A stretch of 32,972 bases of DNA from a bacterium. GTDB lineage: Bacteria > Patescibacteriota > Patescibacteriia > JAZDEU01. The stretch spans positions 1 to 32,972 of the forward strand of contig JAZDEU010000002.1 of assembly GCA_043808545.1 (NCBI GenBank). Direction: 5' to 3'. Position numbers and translations under genes: made by a program. The notes below the pieces were generated by a model that was given only the letters and a program-made list of their open reading frames with translations, made no database searches and was not told the DNA's origin. How positions within the stretch are numbered: the first letter of the stretch is position 1; every line of letters begins with the position of its first letter. Below are positions 1-9,157 of this stretch, one piece after another.

Positions 1-180
1 TCTTCCTTGCCCGACTTTCTTTTTTCTGCCTATCCGTTGATTTAATCGATTGTATTCTCTTTCCTTCCATTCGGGTCTTAGCTTATCTGCTAATGTTTGG
101 AATTCTTCCAATGAGAATGTTGTTAATCTGCGGAATAGGTATGGCTTATTGAAAATTTTTGACAATGTTTGCTTGCTCAT
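1..180 (-). CDS. Transposase N-terminus (HTH region of IS5/ISL2-like DDE transposase), partial
   Basis: Manual translation from ATG at 180: MSKQTLSKIFNKPYLFRRLTTFSLEEFQTLADKLRPEWKEREYNRLNQRIGRKKKVGQGR. The FRRLT..S.EEF..L and RK...G.GR pattern is typical of these transposases. Confidence 0.7.
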   Translation of the reverse strand, partial: MSKQTLSKIFNKPYLFRRLTTFSLEEFQTLADKLRPEWKEREYNRLNQRIGRKKKVGQGR

Positions 181-252
181 AGTTATTTGTTTTTGTTAAT
201 TGTTAATGTACTTATATTTTAGCAGAAATTATATAATTATGCACGCAAGTCT
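1..252 (-). mobile_element. Partial insertion sequence, IS5 family (ISL2-like), running off the window edge
   Basis: The minus strand reads TT|AGACTTGCGTGCATAA at the point where the PfkB frame loses plausibility, resembling ISL2-type ends. A transposase-like ORF starts 72 bp inside. The other end is outside the window. Confidence 0.65.
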
Positions 253-914
253 AATATATCAAGCATTATTTCCAAACTCTTTTGGCTAAGCCCGAGCATA
301 CTTAAAATCAGCTGAACTTCATAATCATTCGCGATTAAAATTCTCGCTCCATCAATAGCAGACGATAATTCACCGACAGTAAGAGCTGTAATCTGCTGAC
401 CCGGGTCAAAAATATAAGGGATATTTTTTTTCTTATATATTTCAACATAACGGATCATCCTTTTTACAAACTCGGGAGAAATAATTGCAATTTTTATATC
501 GTCTATATTTTCTGCCGCATCGCAATAGCTAACATCCAAATGACCCGGATAAAACCCTGTTATCTGATTATCATCCTGATCAGTCATAATATTCGCCGCC
601 GCCGTTGACTCCCCTCGCATTTCTTTTATATAAGAAATGTCTATATTTTTCTGGCTCAGCCACTCTTTATATCTATTAAAATCCTCTCCGACTGGACTTA
701 AAATAACCGGCCTTTCTCCGAGCAACGCTAAATTATAAGCGATATTGCCAGCTGTCCCGCCGAAATTTTCCTTAATCTTATCAACAACAAAACTCACATT
801 TAAAATATGTATCTTATCAGGCAAAATATGATCCTTAAATTTTCCATTAAAGTCCATTATCCTATCGTAAGCAACAGACCCGGAAACAAAAATTTTTCTC
901 ATATTTTTACTCAT
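237..914 (-). pseudogene. PfkB-family (adenosine/nucleoside) kinase, 3'-truncated by the IS
   Basis: GSVAYD, GGTAGNIAYNL, FDPGQQ and NDYE motifs are present. It is only 225 aa and lacks the C-terminal DxxGAGD motif; the last residues DLRA* come from the IS end. Confidence 0.8.
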
Positions 915-916
915 TA

Positions 917-947
917 TTTTTGACTTTTGATTTTTGACTTTTGATTT
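917..947. repeat. Short tandem heptamer repeat (TTTTGAC/TTTTGAT)
   Basis: tttttgacttttgatttttgacttttgattt; near-identical tracts at ~4627-4649 and ~11083-11113. Confidence 0.8.
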
Positions 948-950
948 ATT

Positions 951-1979
951 TTAGTTGTCCCACTTAAATCCATGTCCAAAATGTCCATGCTGCGCAGTCT
1001 TATAATAAATCTGTTTTTTAAGATCCAGCGCCGCAATAATTCCTTTTGGCGATAAATCATATTCATTCCCAGCGTCTTTTAAAATATCTATGAATTTTTC
1101 TTCGCCATTTATTTTCAAAAGCGCGCAAGCCATAGCCGGTTCCGCGCGGCCGATAATATACGCAAGTTTCACAAGCGCCTCATCCGCGCCATATTTTTTT
1201 AAATAATTAACAGCGATTTTTCTCGCCATATACGCTCCGCTTCTGTCCACTTTTGAAGGATCTTTTCCAGAAAAACATCCGCCGCCGACTGGGACATTCG
1301 GACCATAATTATCAACCGCTAATTTTCTCCCGGTTAAACCCGTATCCGCGTCAAACCCGCCAATCTCAAATTTTCCAGTAGGATTTATAAGAATTTTCGT
1401 ATTATCAGTTATCGCGCTTTTAATTTCTTCATCCTTTAAAACTTTTCCTCGTATAACTTCATCAAAATATTTTTCATCAGTAGTCTGGTTAGAAATAACC
1501 ATCGCAGTTATTTTATCATTGCTATCAAGAGTAAGTTGCGCCTTTCCATCTGGAAGAATTTTTTCATCCTGCAAATCTTCAACCATCATTGTAATTTTCC
1601 GCGCGAGATATAACTCATGCGGAACCATTCCATTATTTTTTCCGCACGCATACCCGACCATAATCCCCTGATCTCCCGCCCCGCCGGTATCAACCCCCTG
1701 CGATATATCCGGACTTTGACTTACTATATTTGTTATCACTCCTATCTTGTCATTATATCCGACATCTTTATAAACTTTCTTAGCTATTTCGTGTATGTTC
1801 ACATACGCGTTTGTGGTTAATTCTCCGCAAACATAAATATTATTATGTCCGCCCATAACCTCTATCGCCACTCTTGAATTTTCATCTTGCTTTAAACATT
1901 CGTCCAAAATAGCGTCTGAAATTTGATCGCAAATCTTGTCCGGGTGTCCCCGTTTAACGCTTTCAGCTGTTTTTAACAT
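951..1979 (-). CDS. metK: S-adenosylmethionine synthetase
   Basis: ESV..GHPDKICDQISD, GAGDQG, DTGLTGRK and GGGCFSGKDPSKVDRS motifs. Start placed at ATG 1979 (MLKTAES) rather than the ORF-track start. Confidence 0.97.
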   Translation of the reverse strand: MLKTAESVKRGHPDKICDQISDAILDECLKQDENSRVAIEVMGGHNNIYVCGELTTNAYVNIHEIAKKVYKDVGYNDKIGVITNIVSQSPDISQGVDTGGAGDQGIMVGYACGKNNGMVPHELYLARKITMMVEDLQDEKILPDGKAQLTLDSNDKITAMVISNQTTDEKYFDEVIRGKVLKDEEIKSAITDNTKILINPTGKFEIGGFDADTGLTGRKLAVDNYGPNVPVGGGCFSGKDPSKVDRSGAYMARKIAVNYLKKYGADEALVKLAYIIGRAEPAMACALLKINGEEKFIDILKDAGNEYDLSPKGIIAALDLKKQIYYKTAQHGHFGHGFKWDN

Positions 1980-2064
1980 AAAAATATATCCATTTTTTCC
2001 TCTAAAAAACCCTGTCAGATAAAATTTCAATATGTTAATAATATTGTGTAAAAGCTATAGAAAA

Positions 2065-2112
2065 TGTCATCCCGAGCGTAGTTTTGTCATCCCGAGCATA
2101 GCCGAGGGATCT
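2065..2112. repeat. TGTCAT-family palindromic element (partial copy plus full copy)
   Basis: tgtcatcccgagcgtag then tgtcatcccgagcatagccgagggatct (2085-2112). Reverse-complement relatives at 17226-17280 and 29221-29247. Confidence 0.8.
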
Positions 2113-2322
2113 TTTTCACACTAAAACTAATTGAATTCTTATCTAAAAGAGTAAGAGAAATAAAACGGAAAATTAAAATTATTAATTTCTAATTTTTAAT
2201 TCTTAATTTTTATTCAATTCTTAATACTTTAATTTTAAAAAATTAAAAATTAAAAAAATAAAAATTGATTAAAAATTTTAAATTATAAATTAAAAATTTC
2301 CTGTTCAAATTCCACCGCTTTT

Positions 2323-2351
2323 ATTATAATAAAATCCAACCAAAAACACAA
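2323..2351 (-). promoter_or_regulatory. Putative sigma70 promoter for metK
   Basis: TTGTGT-N17-TATAAT on the minus strand. Confidence 0.45.
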
Positions 2352-2398
2352 CCCTTGACAAAAAGACTAAATTTCACACGCCACCGCCCCTCAACATC

Positions 2399-2439
2399 AA
2401 AAGCTCCCAAATCCGGAAAAACCAAATCAGGGAGCTTTT
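2399..2439 (-). terminator. Inverted repeat, probable intrinsic terminator downstream of the cyclophilin gene
   Basis: AAAAGCTCCC ... GGGAGCTTTT 10-bp stem with T tracts on both strands. Confidence 0.5.
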
Positions 2440-2455
2440 TTATATATGTGAACTA

Positions 2456-2561
2456 TTTTGGTGACAGTCACCTCTAATCCAAACTTAACTATTATACAAA
2501 TTTTGGCTGGCAGTCGCGAACAAAAAAACAGAATAAAATTTGTCGGTGACTGTCACCAAAA
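2456..2561. repeat. Inverted pair of GGTGAC(A/T)GTCACC palindromes (REP-doublet-like)
   Basis: ttttGGTGACAGTCACC (core 2460-2472) and GGTGACTGTCACCaaaa (core 2545-2557). Confidence 0.75.
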
Positions 2562-2581
2562 CACTCAAACACTATTTTTCT

Positions 2582-3136
2582 CTACTTCTCCACTAATTCC
2601 ACATTCTCAACAATAACATCACTTAAAGGATGATCATTCTCATTTTTTTCCACACCCTCAATTTTATCTACAACATCCATCCCCTCAACAACTTCACCGA
2701 AATTAGTATGTTTGCCATCAAGCCAAGGAGTCGCCTCCGCGGTTACAATAAAAAACTGCGACCCGTTTGTGTCGGCGCCGGAATTTGCCATAGCAAGACT
2801 TCCGCGGACTAATTTATGAGAATTAAATTCATCCTGAAATTTATATCCAGGCCCGCCCGTCCCGTCATTAGACCAATCATCATCCTTGCTATTAGGATCT
2901 CCGCCCTGAATCATAAAATCTTTTATAACGCGATGAAACTTTGTGCCGTTATAAAAACCTGATTTCGCTAAATTTAAAAAATTATTAACCGTAATCGGAG
3001 ATTCCGTTCCATAAAAAGAAACTTTAATATCCCCTAAATTCGTCTTAATTACAGCCATGTTTTTCTCATTTTTTGCGCATCCCGCGCCGAGAAAGACCAT
3101 TGAATAACAAACTAAAATTACAAAAAACTTTTTCAT
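2582..3136 (-). CDS. Cyclophilin-type peptidyl-prolyl cis-trans isomerase with lipoprotein-like signal
   Basis: [35 protein letters not shown] and [10 protein letters not shown] motifs; N-terminal hydrophobic stretch ending LGAGC. Confidence 0.95.
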   Translation of the reverse strand: MKKFFVILVCYSMVFLGAGCAKNEKNMAVIKTNLGDIKVSFYGTESPITVNNFLNLAKSGFYNGTKFHRVIKDFMIQGGDPNSKDDDWSNDGTGGPGYKFQDEFNSHKLVRGSLAMANSGADTNGSQFFIVTAEATPWLDGKHTNFGEVVEGMDVVDKIEGVEKNENDHPLSDVIVENVELVEK

Positions 3137-3214
3137 ATTATTCTTATTATAGATATCGCCGTCAGACAGACAAACAGAATGAATGATGAACGATATACTT
3201 TAATACAAAATACA

Positions 3215-3976
3215 CTATACTATAGCATAATTTTTCGCGCCCTCCCACGCTAATTCAAATGTTTTTTTCTGCGCATCCGCAATCTCCTCGCTTTCAATAA
3301 TAACCGCAAATTTTCCGCGCCAAGAGAGAATCATAATTTTATTATCATAAATATTCGTCTCGACAGAAAAATAAAATTTATCGCGCGGAACTAATATGCT
3401 TGTTCTCATTTCTTTCTTATCATTCGCGGAAACCATCCTGCTATCTAAAGTGTCCGGCGCGATAACACGCGTTCCTATATTTTTTTCTACTCGCTTTTTA
3501 AAATATTCGCGAAAATATTCTTTTGATAAAACTTTAAACATATCTTCCCCGACCGCATACGCCCTAATATCCTCTTTCGCCGTCAATGTATCCTCAAACG
3601 CCTCGCGTACTCCGTCAATCCCTTCATAAAATCTTACCTTCGGCTTTTTCTTCGTATTATAAACAGAAAGCAGCTGCGGAACTAACGAATACGCCGCGGA
3701 AAGTTTTTCCTGCCCCTCTTTTATTTTATTTTCTAAAAAACTTAAAACTTTTTGCGGACTCTCCGCGGAAAATTTTTGCACCTTTGCTTGAGCTAATAAA
3801 TTAACTAACCCATTTCCTGCTAAACTTTCTAAAATATCATAACTTGTAGTGCGATTTATTTTAGCTTTTCTAGAAATTTGCGTTGCAGTAGAAGGACCCA
3901 ATTCTAAAGACGCTAAATATACTTTGGCTTCTTTAGAACTAAACCCTATTTCAGTTAATTCTTTATATGAAATCAT
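3215..3976 (-). CDS. TrmB-family transcriptional regulator
   Basis: GFSSKEAKVYLASLELG...INRTTSYDILESL winged HTH, followed by a PKVRFYEG..G motif and effector domain. Start placed at ATG 3976. Confidence 0.88.
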   Translation of the reverse strand: MISYKELTEIGFSSKEAKVYLASLELGPSTATQISRKAKINRTTSYDILESLAGNGLVNLLAQAKVQKFSAESPQKVLSFLENKIKEGQEKLSAAYSLVPQLLSVYNTKKKPKVRFYEGIDGVREAFEDTLTAKEDIRAYAVGEDMFKVLSKEYFREYFKKRVEKNIGTRVIAPDTLDSRMVSANDKKEMRTSILVPRDKFYFSVETNIYDNKIMILSWRGKFAVIIESEEIADAQKKTFELAWEGAKNYAIV

Positions 3977-4084
3977 AAACAAACTAATTTTTAATTTCTA
4001 ATTTTTAATCAAATTTTAATTTATAAATTTTTAAACATTAACTGCTTAATACATAATACTGCATACTTAATACTAATTCTGACT

Positions 4085-4211
4085 TAAAACTCCGCCCTTC
4101 CGCGCGATAACCCAAAACTAAGATAATTATCATTAGCTCTAGGCTAAAAAGAAGAGCGGAGTTAGATTGAAAGGGCTAGACAAGCATGGGAATTATAAAA
4201 CTAATTCTCAT
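4085..4211 (-). ncRNA. Candidate structured 5' leader or sRNA upstream of the TrmB-type gene
   Basis: A 13-bp helix 4151-4163/4088-4100 is fully paired only on the minus strand (one G-U), encloses two hairpins and is followed by U residues. It lies directly downstream of a consensus promoter. Confidence 0.45.
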
Positions 4212-4217
4212 ATTTTT

Positions 4218-4246
4218 ATTATAGCGCATAAAAAAATTTGTGTCAA
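4218..4246 (-). promoter_or_regulatory. Perfect consensus sigma70 promoter
   Basis: TTGACA (4246-4241)-N17-TATAAT (4223-4218). Confidence 0.8.
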
Positions 4247-4496
4247 TACTTTTCCACAAAATTTTATAAAAATACAAATTAAAATTTTATCGCCACATCA
4301 TTTCCAGTAATTTTTATTATTTAAAAACACTTTTAATACTTATTCTGCTATCACAATAATTTATTATTCATATATTATTTTGTGGATATTGATTGACAAA
4401 ATAACAGATAAGTCAAATAAAAAAAGAAAAAACACCTATCAAATTTATAAATGGTTGTCAAAAAAATACATTTAATTAAATGTATTTTTATAATTT

Positions 4497-4571
4497 TGGG
4501 GTGGCTATCGGGAATCGAACCCGAAATAACAGGACCACAACCTGCTGTGTTGCCACTACACCATAGCCACC
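4497..4571 (-). tRNA. tRNA-His (GUG)
   Basis: GGTGGCTATGGTGTAGTGG...GCAGG TT GTG GT CCTGT...GGTTCGATTCC...AGCCACCCCA; encoded G-1 and CCA. Confidence 0.96.
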
Positions 4572-4651
4572 ATAACCCGCCACAGGCGGAATTTTAAATT
4601 TTAAATTTTAAAACAATTTTTCCATATTTTTGACTTTTGATTTGATTTTAG

Positions 4652-4723
4652 TATGCCCAGAGGGAATCGAACCCCCATAACCAGCTTAGAAGGCTGGTGT
4701 TCTATCCATTGAACTATGGGCAC
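4652..4723 (-). tRNA. tRNA-Arg (UCU)
   Basis: GTGCCCATAGTTCAATGGATAGAA...CCAGC CT TCT AA GCTGG...GGTTCGATTCC...TGGGCATA; CCA not encoded. Confidence 0.96.
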
Positions 4724-4729
4724 AAAATA

Positions 4730-4908
4730 TGGACATCACACTCCAAAATGGCACTTAGAACTTAATAAAAATTGATGAATGGCGAAGTTTTGCAGTTTAG
4801 AAAAACCGCAAATGTATCAGTAGATACATTGAGGATTTTTCTAAACGAAAAACAAGCCAGTCGCAATTTTTATAAGTTATGGAGTGCTGTTTTGGAGTGT
4901 GATGTCCA
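4730..4908. mobile_element. 179-bp palindromic element (RPE/MITE-like), copy 1
   Basis: Ends TGGACATCACACTCCAAAA / TTTTGGAGTGTGATGTCCA with nested internal inverted repeats. A second, inverted copy is at 22479-22657. Confidence 0.85.
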
Positions 4909-4934
4909 AAACACAAAAAACCCATTACTAATAA

Positions 4935-4963
4935 AATTTATCAGTAATCGTCTAAAATGTCAA
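4935..4963 (-). promoter_or_regulatory. Putative promoter of the tRNA-Arg/His transcript
   Basis: TTGACA-N17-TAAATT with an extended TG. Confidence 0.55.
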
Positions 4964-5067
4964 TGTTAATGTTTTCTAAAAAGACAAAAATTCTTTTTAT
5001 TATTTGTTATTAAAATATTTATTATTTTTTTAAAATTTAAAGCATGTCCTGAGCTTGCCGAATGGAT

Positions 5068-7137
5068 TTAAAATTCTATTCCCCCAATCCGCTCCCAAGT
5101 ATTTTCGTCTATTACCGTTATGCCAGCATCCCCTGCCATATACATATAATTATCCATATATATCGCGCGACTGATTTGCGTTTGGCTGATAGCTTTCTTA
5201 AGGCTTAAATTATCGTTCTCATAAGAGAATATATATCCGCCCTGTCCTCCTGGCATAAAAAAAACTTTATGGTCAGAATCCAGCAAAAATGCGTGATGCG
5301 TATTTAAAACATCTGACCAATATTCATCTAACATATATTTAGAAACCTCGCACGGATTTTCCGCATCGCTCACATCAAATAATGAGATTTTAACTTTTCC
5401 CCCATCTCTCCCAATTCCTAAAATTTTATCTTTAGTAATCGGATGCAAATATGATGAATAACCCGTAATTTTTAATTCCCCTTTCTTGTGCGGATTTTCT
5501 GGAGATGATAAATCAATAACATAAAATGGATCTGTCTCTCTAAATGTGACAACATATCCTTTGTCCTCTATAAATCTTACTGAATAAATTTTTTCTGTTT
5601 CTCCTAAATCTTTTACACTGCCAGTTATATTAAGATTTTTATCCAACACATAAACATCGTTAACGCTATCTCCGCTTTGCCAAAACATACTATTTGTTCC
5701 GCTAATAGTAGTAGCTGTTCTTAAATATCCATTATATTCATCCAGCGAGAACTGATTTAATAAAGTTCCGGGAACACTGCCGTTGGCTAAAATTTCTAAA
5801 TTATCAGTACTCACCTTAAAAATTCCAGTTTTTTCTAATTCTCTGCCCTTTTCTTTAAAATAAGATTCTCCCCTATTTTCAATTTCGTTTTGAACTCTTA
5901 AATTCTCATCTTCATCTAATGAAATTCTATAATTATTTAATATTGTCTCTATTTCTGAAGACTTAGCCTGTGCGCTTATATCATAATTTTTTAATTTTGC
6001 TAATTTCGCGATTACTTCTTTAGGAATTAAATCAGCGCATTTTTCCGTAAAAAAATCCGCGAAAAAACCGACAAAATCTCCTGAATATTCATAAGTTGCG
6101 TATAACGCATTCGGCGACATATAGATAACTGTATTATTTGCTGACCCGACAAAAGAAATATCTTTTTCTACCGCGCCATCTTCAGGATTTATTATGCTAA
6201 TAGTATATGTGCTATTCGTTTCCACTGGAACAGGGGGATGATAAATATTATCGCAGGAGACAGAAAAAATATTTCCATCAATATCAAAAGGAACTAATGG
6301 GCAAGGCTTAAAACTATTAACTGCCTGATTTGTCACTAAATATACTTTCCCATTGTATAATCTGCTTGTTGTTAAATAGTTATTCTGCTTTAAACTTATC
6401 GTCCATTTCTTTACAGGAGCTTTTTTATCGCTAACATCATAACCATAAATTTTATCATAGGTAAAAACCATTAAGATATTATTCTTAAGAAGCAGATTTC
6501 CTTGCGCTATTATTTCCGAGTCTAATCCAAGCGACTCTGGCGGAAAAGATTTAATTAATTTTATCGCCGCTTCTTTATATTGCGGCATGATCTGTTTCGT
6601 TTCGCTATTTACCCCGACAGTATTTCCGACAGAAACATCTCCGCGCGTATAATATCTTAAAGATGATGAATAATAAATTTCTTTTCCGTCATTCTTTATA
6701 ATATCCGGCTCATCAATCCCTTTTACTTGCGCGTTTGTTTCGGAAACTCTCTCTGCCGAATTCCCACTTCCTAACGCCTGTGTTTGCGCGATATTACTAT
6801 CCATTACAGCCGGCATTGGCGCAGCCTCTTTCCTAAAATCAGTTGCCCAAGTTTCTACCATTCCTCTCGTTGCGAAACCGCCGCCATATCCTAAATCTTT
6901 GCTTTGCGCCAGATATTCTTTAAATTCATCTTCCGAAACAAATTTCAAGAGACGCGCTTGCGTATTTTTTTCTGGAGCAACGCCAGTATTTCCATTCTCC
7001 GGACGAACAATAAGATTACCCATCCCGCGCGGAAGATTAACTGAAGAAAAAACTGCTAAAATAAAAATAAAAAATGTGGCGAATAATCCGCAAACGGAGA
7101 AAAATAAAACTGTTAAGAAAAATTTTTTGTCTGTCAT
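5068..7137 (-). CDS. Secreted/membrane-anchored beta-propeller domain-containing protein
   Basis: N-terminal TM segment; SETNAQVKGIDEPDIIKNDG, LNQFSLDEYNGYLR, GYVVTFRETDPFYVIDLS and GELKITGYSSYLHP motifs typical of this family. Confidence 0.88.
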   Translation of the reverse strand: MTDKKFFLTVLFFSVCGLFATFFIFILAVFSSVNLPRGMGNLIVRPENGNTGVAPEKNTQARLLKFVSEDEFKEYLAQSKDLGYGGGFATRGMVETWATDFRKEAAPMPAVMDSNIAQTQALGSGNSAERVSETNAQVKGIDEPDIIKNDGKEIYYSSSLRYYTRGDVSVGNTVGVNSETKQIMPQYKEAAIKLIKSFPPESLGLDSEIIAQGNLLLKNNILMVFTYDKIYGYDVSDKKAPVKKWTISLKQNNYLTTSRLYNGKVYLVTNQAVNSFKPCPLVPFDIDGNIFSVSCDNIYHPPVPVETNSTYTISIINPEDGAVEKDISFVGSANNTVIYMSPNALYATYEYSGDFVGFFADFFTEKCADLIPKEVIAKLAKLKNYDISAQAKSSEIETILNNYRISLDEDENLRVQNEIENRGESYFKEKGRELEKTGIFKVSTDNLEILANGSVPGTLLNQFSLDEYNGYLRTATTISGTNSMFWQSGDSVNDVYVLDKNLNITGSVKDLGETEKIYSVRFIEDKGYVVTFRETDPFYVIDLSSPENPHKKGELKITGYSSYLHPITKDKILGIGRDGGKVKISLFDVSDAENPCEVSKYMLDEYWSDVLNTHHAFLLDSDHKVFFMPGGQGGYIFSYENDNLSLKKAISQTQISRAIYMDNYMYMAGDAGITVIDENTWERIGGIEF

Positions 7138-7224
7138 AGGGAATTAGTTAAAAGTCTATAAAGTCGTAAAGTCTAAAGTCGTTGACTTTCCTGCTTTATG
7201 GACTTTATAACTTTATGAACTTTT

Positions 7225-7252
7225 GTACGGGCGCGATGCTTCGCGCCCCTAC
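7225..7252. repeat. GTAG-family 28-bp REP
   Basis: gtacgggcgcgatgcttcgcgcccctac; relatives at 10140-10167, 15843-15868 and 27028-27112. Confidence 0.8.
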
Positions 7253-7370
7253 TTTATAACTATTCTTATTATACCATAAAATAAAAAAATCACGAATTGA
7301 TCCCTTTACCTTTAAGGTGGACGGGGAATATTTTGACCCGCTTTCCCAAATGGTGGAACAAAAAATAGCC

Positions 7371-7399
7371 TTGCGGAGAAGACAGATTTGAAGTAAAAT
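7371..7399 (+). promoter_or_regulatory. Putative promoter for the glgA-galT-ROK-PBP run
   Basis: TTGCGG-N17-TAAAAT. Confidence 0.4.
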
Positions 7400-7455
7400 A
7401 AGGAATAGAATTAGGAAGCAGGAATTTTATGATTCATAATTCAAATTTATTTAAA

Positions 7456-7489
7456 ACACACCCCTATCCTCTCTTGTTAGAGGGGAACT
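7456..7489. repeat. C-rich palindromic element (CACCCC..CCCTC..GAGGGGAA family), intergenic copy
   Basis: acacacccctatcctctcttgttagaggggaact; coding-region copies occur in glgA, the Xer gene, dnaG and the ligase. Confidence 0.75.
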
Positions 7490-7504
7490 ATCAAAATCAA
7501 CTTT

Positions 7505-9091
7505 ATGAAAAATCCCAAACTCAAACCCCTAAAAGTCCTATTCGTATCCGTAGAAGCTGCTCCATTTGCTAAAGTCGGCGGACTTGCCGATGTCGCAGGC
7601 GCGCTTCCGCAAGCTCTAAAAAATTTAGGAGTTGATATTAGCGTAATAATGCCGCTTCACAAATGCGCTAAAAAAATATTAGCTGAAAAAAAATATAATG
7701 TAAAAAAAATTATTCATAATTTTTCTGTTGAATATAATGGGGGAAAAGAAAAAATAAATGTTTATCAAGCAATGTTAAAACTTGCTAATAAAGGCTTAAC
7801 ACCCCCCTTACCCCCCTCAAGAGCCTGCCCTGAGCGACAGCCGAATGGGGGGGAACTAAAGGACAGTGTCTTAGTTTATTTTATTGATCATAAGATGTTT
7901 ACATCCGCGGAAGAAGTCTATGAAAATGAAAATAAATTTTTATTTTTTTCAAAAGCTGTAGTAGAGCTTATCGCGACTCACACCCCCCTTGCCCCCCTCA
8001 AGTGTGGAATTTATAATCCAGATATTATTCACTGCAATGATAATCATATCGCGCTAATACCAGTGCTAATAAAAATTAAAAAGCTCCCCATAAAAACAGT
8101 TTTTACAATACATAATCTGATGTATCAAGGAAAAATATCCACTGAAGATTTAAAACTTTTAAACATCTCTAAAGAAAGCGCAAGCTCGCTCAAAAAAGAT
8201 TCTGAAAACGGCGATATAAATAAAATGGCACAAGGGATTCTTTTATCAGACATAATAAATACTGTGAGTCCAACTTACGCAAAAGAAATTTTGACAAAGG
8301 AATACGGCGAAGGACTGGACAATATTTTAAAGATGCGAAAGAAGGATTTATATGGTATAATAAATGGCATAGACACTGAAAATCTTAATCCAGAAAATGA
8401 TCCTTTAATACCTTATGATTATTCTATAAAAAATTTGGAAGGCAAAAAGAGATGCAAAGAGGAGTTATTAAGAAAATACTGGGTTACCCCTCTTTTTAAA
8501 GGAGGGGAATGTACCGATTTACCACCGCTCATCGGACTTGTTTCTCGGATAGACTCGCAAAAAGGAATAGACTTAGTAATTGAAGCTATGCCGGAATTAT
8601 TTAAAAACCATCCAGATACGCGTTTTATTTTATTAGGAACGGGACTCCCAGAATACGAAAATCAATTAAAGACGCTGGCTTCAAAATATCCTGATAATTT
8701 TAAAGCACTAATTAAATTTGATATAAAAATAGCGCAAAAAATTTATGCGGGTTCTGATATATTTTTAATGCCTTCCAGATTTGAACCTTGCGGTCTTGGG
8801 CAGTTAACTGCTATGCGATATGGGACTGTTCCGATTGTAAGGAAAACAGGCGGACTTGCGGACACGGTTATAAAACTCAAATCTCAAATCTCAAATCTCA
8901 AAACTGCGGATGGATTTATGTTTGATGAATATTCAAACATTGCGATGCTAGAAGCTATTGATATAGCATTAAATGTTTATCAGGATAAAAAAATATGGAA
9001 ACAGCTAGTGATAAACGGGATGCGCAGAGATTCATCGTGGGACGCGTCAGCTAAAAAATATTTGGAATTATACAAAAAAATGTCTGCGTAA
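7505..9091 (+). CDS. glgA: Glycogen synthase (GT5) carrying in-frame repeat-derived inserts
   Basis: KVGGLADV, TIHNLMYQG, TVSPTYAKE, PSRFEPCGL and GGLADTV motifs. At 528 aa it is longer than typical GlgA because of the inserts. Confidence 0.96.
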   Translation: MKNPKLKPLKVLFVSVEAAPFAKVGGLADVAGALPQALKNLGVDISVIMPLHKCAKKILAEKKYNVKKIIHNFSVEYNGGKEKINVYQAMLKLANKGLTPPLPPSRACPERQPNGGELKDSVLVYFIDHKMFTSAEEVYENENKFLFFSKAVVELIATHTPLAPLKCGIYNPDIIHCNDNHIALIPVLIKIKKLPIKTVFTIHNLMYQGKISTEDLKLLNISKESASSLKKDSENGDINKMAQGILLSDIINTVSPTYAKEILTKEYGEGLDNILKMRKKDLYGIINGIDTENLNPENDPLIPYDYSIKNLEGKKRCKEELLRKYWVTPLFKGGECTDLPPLIGLVSRIDSQKGIDLVIEAMPELFKNHPDTRFILLGTGLPEYENQLKTLASKYPDNFKALIKFDIKIAQKIYAGSDIFLMPSRFEPCGLGQLTAMRYGTVPIVRKTGGLADTVIKLKSQISNLKTADGFMFDEYSNIAMLEAIDIALNVYQDKKIWKQLVINGMRRDSSWDASAKKYLELYKKMSA

Positions 9092-9157
9092 AATCCGCGT
9101 CACTATCCGCGTAAATCCGCGAGAATAAAATAAATATTTACTAATCTATTCAAAAAT

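Noticed and set aside
1980-2440. SAM riboswitch upstream of metK
   Set aside because: CTGATTTG...CCG inside the 2399-2439 hairpin faintly recalls SAM-II, but the downstream AAAU..GCUAAA element is missing and it lies upstream of the likely promoter. No SAM-I or SMK core was seen.
4772-4969. 65-aa ORF
   Set aside because: It lies mostly within the 179-bp palindromic element and opposes the tRNA promoter.
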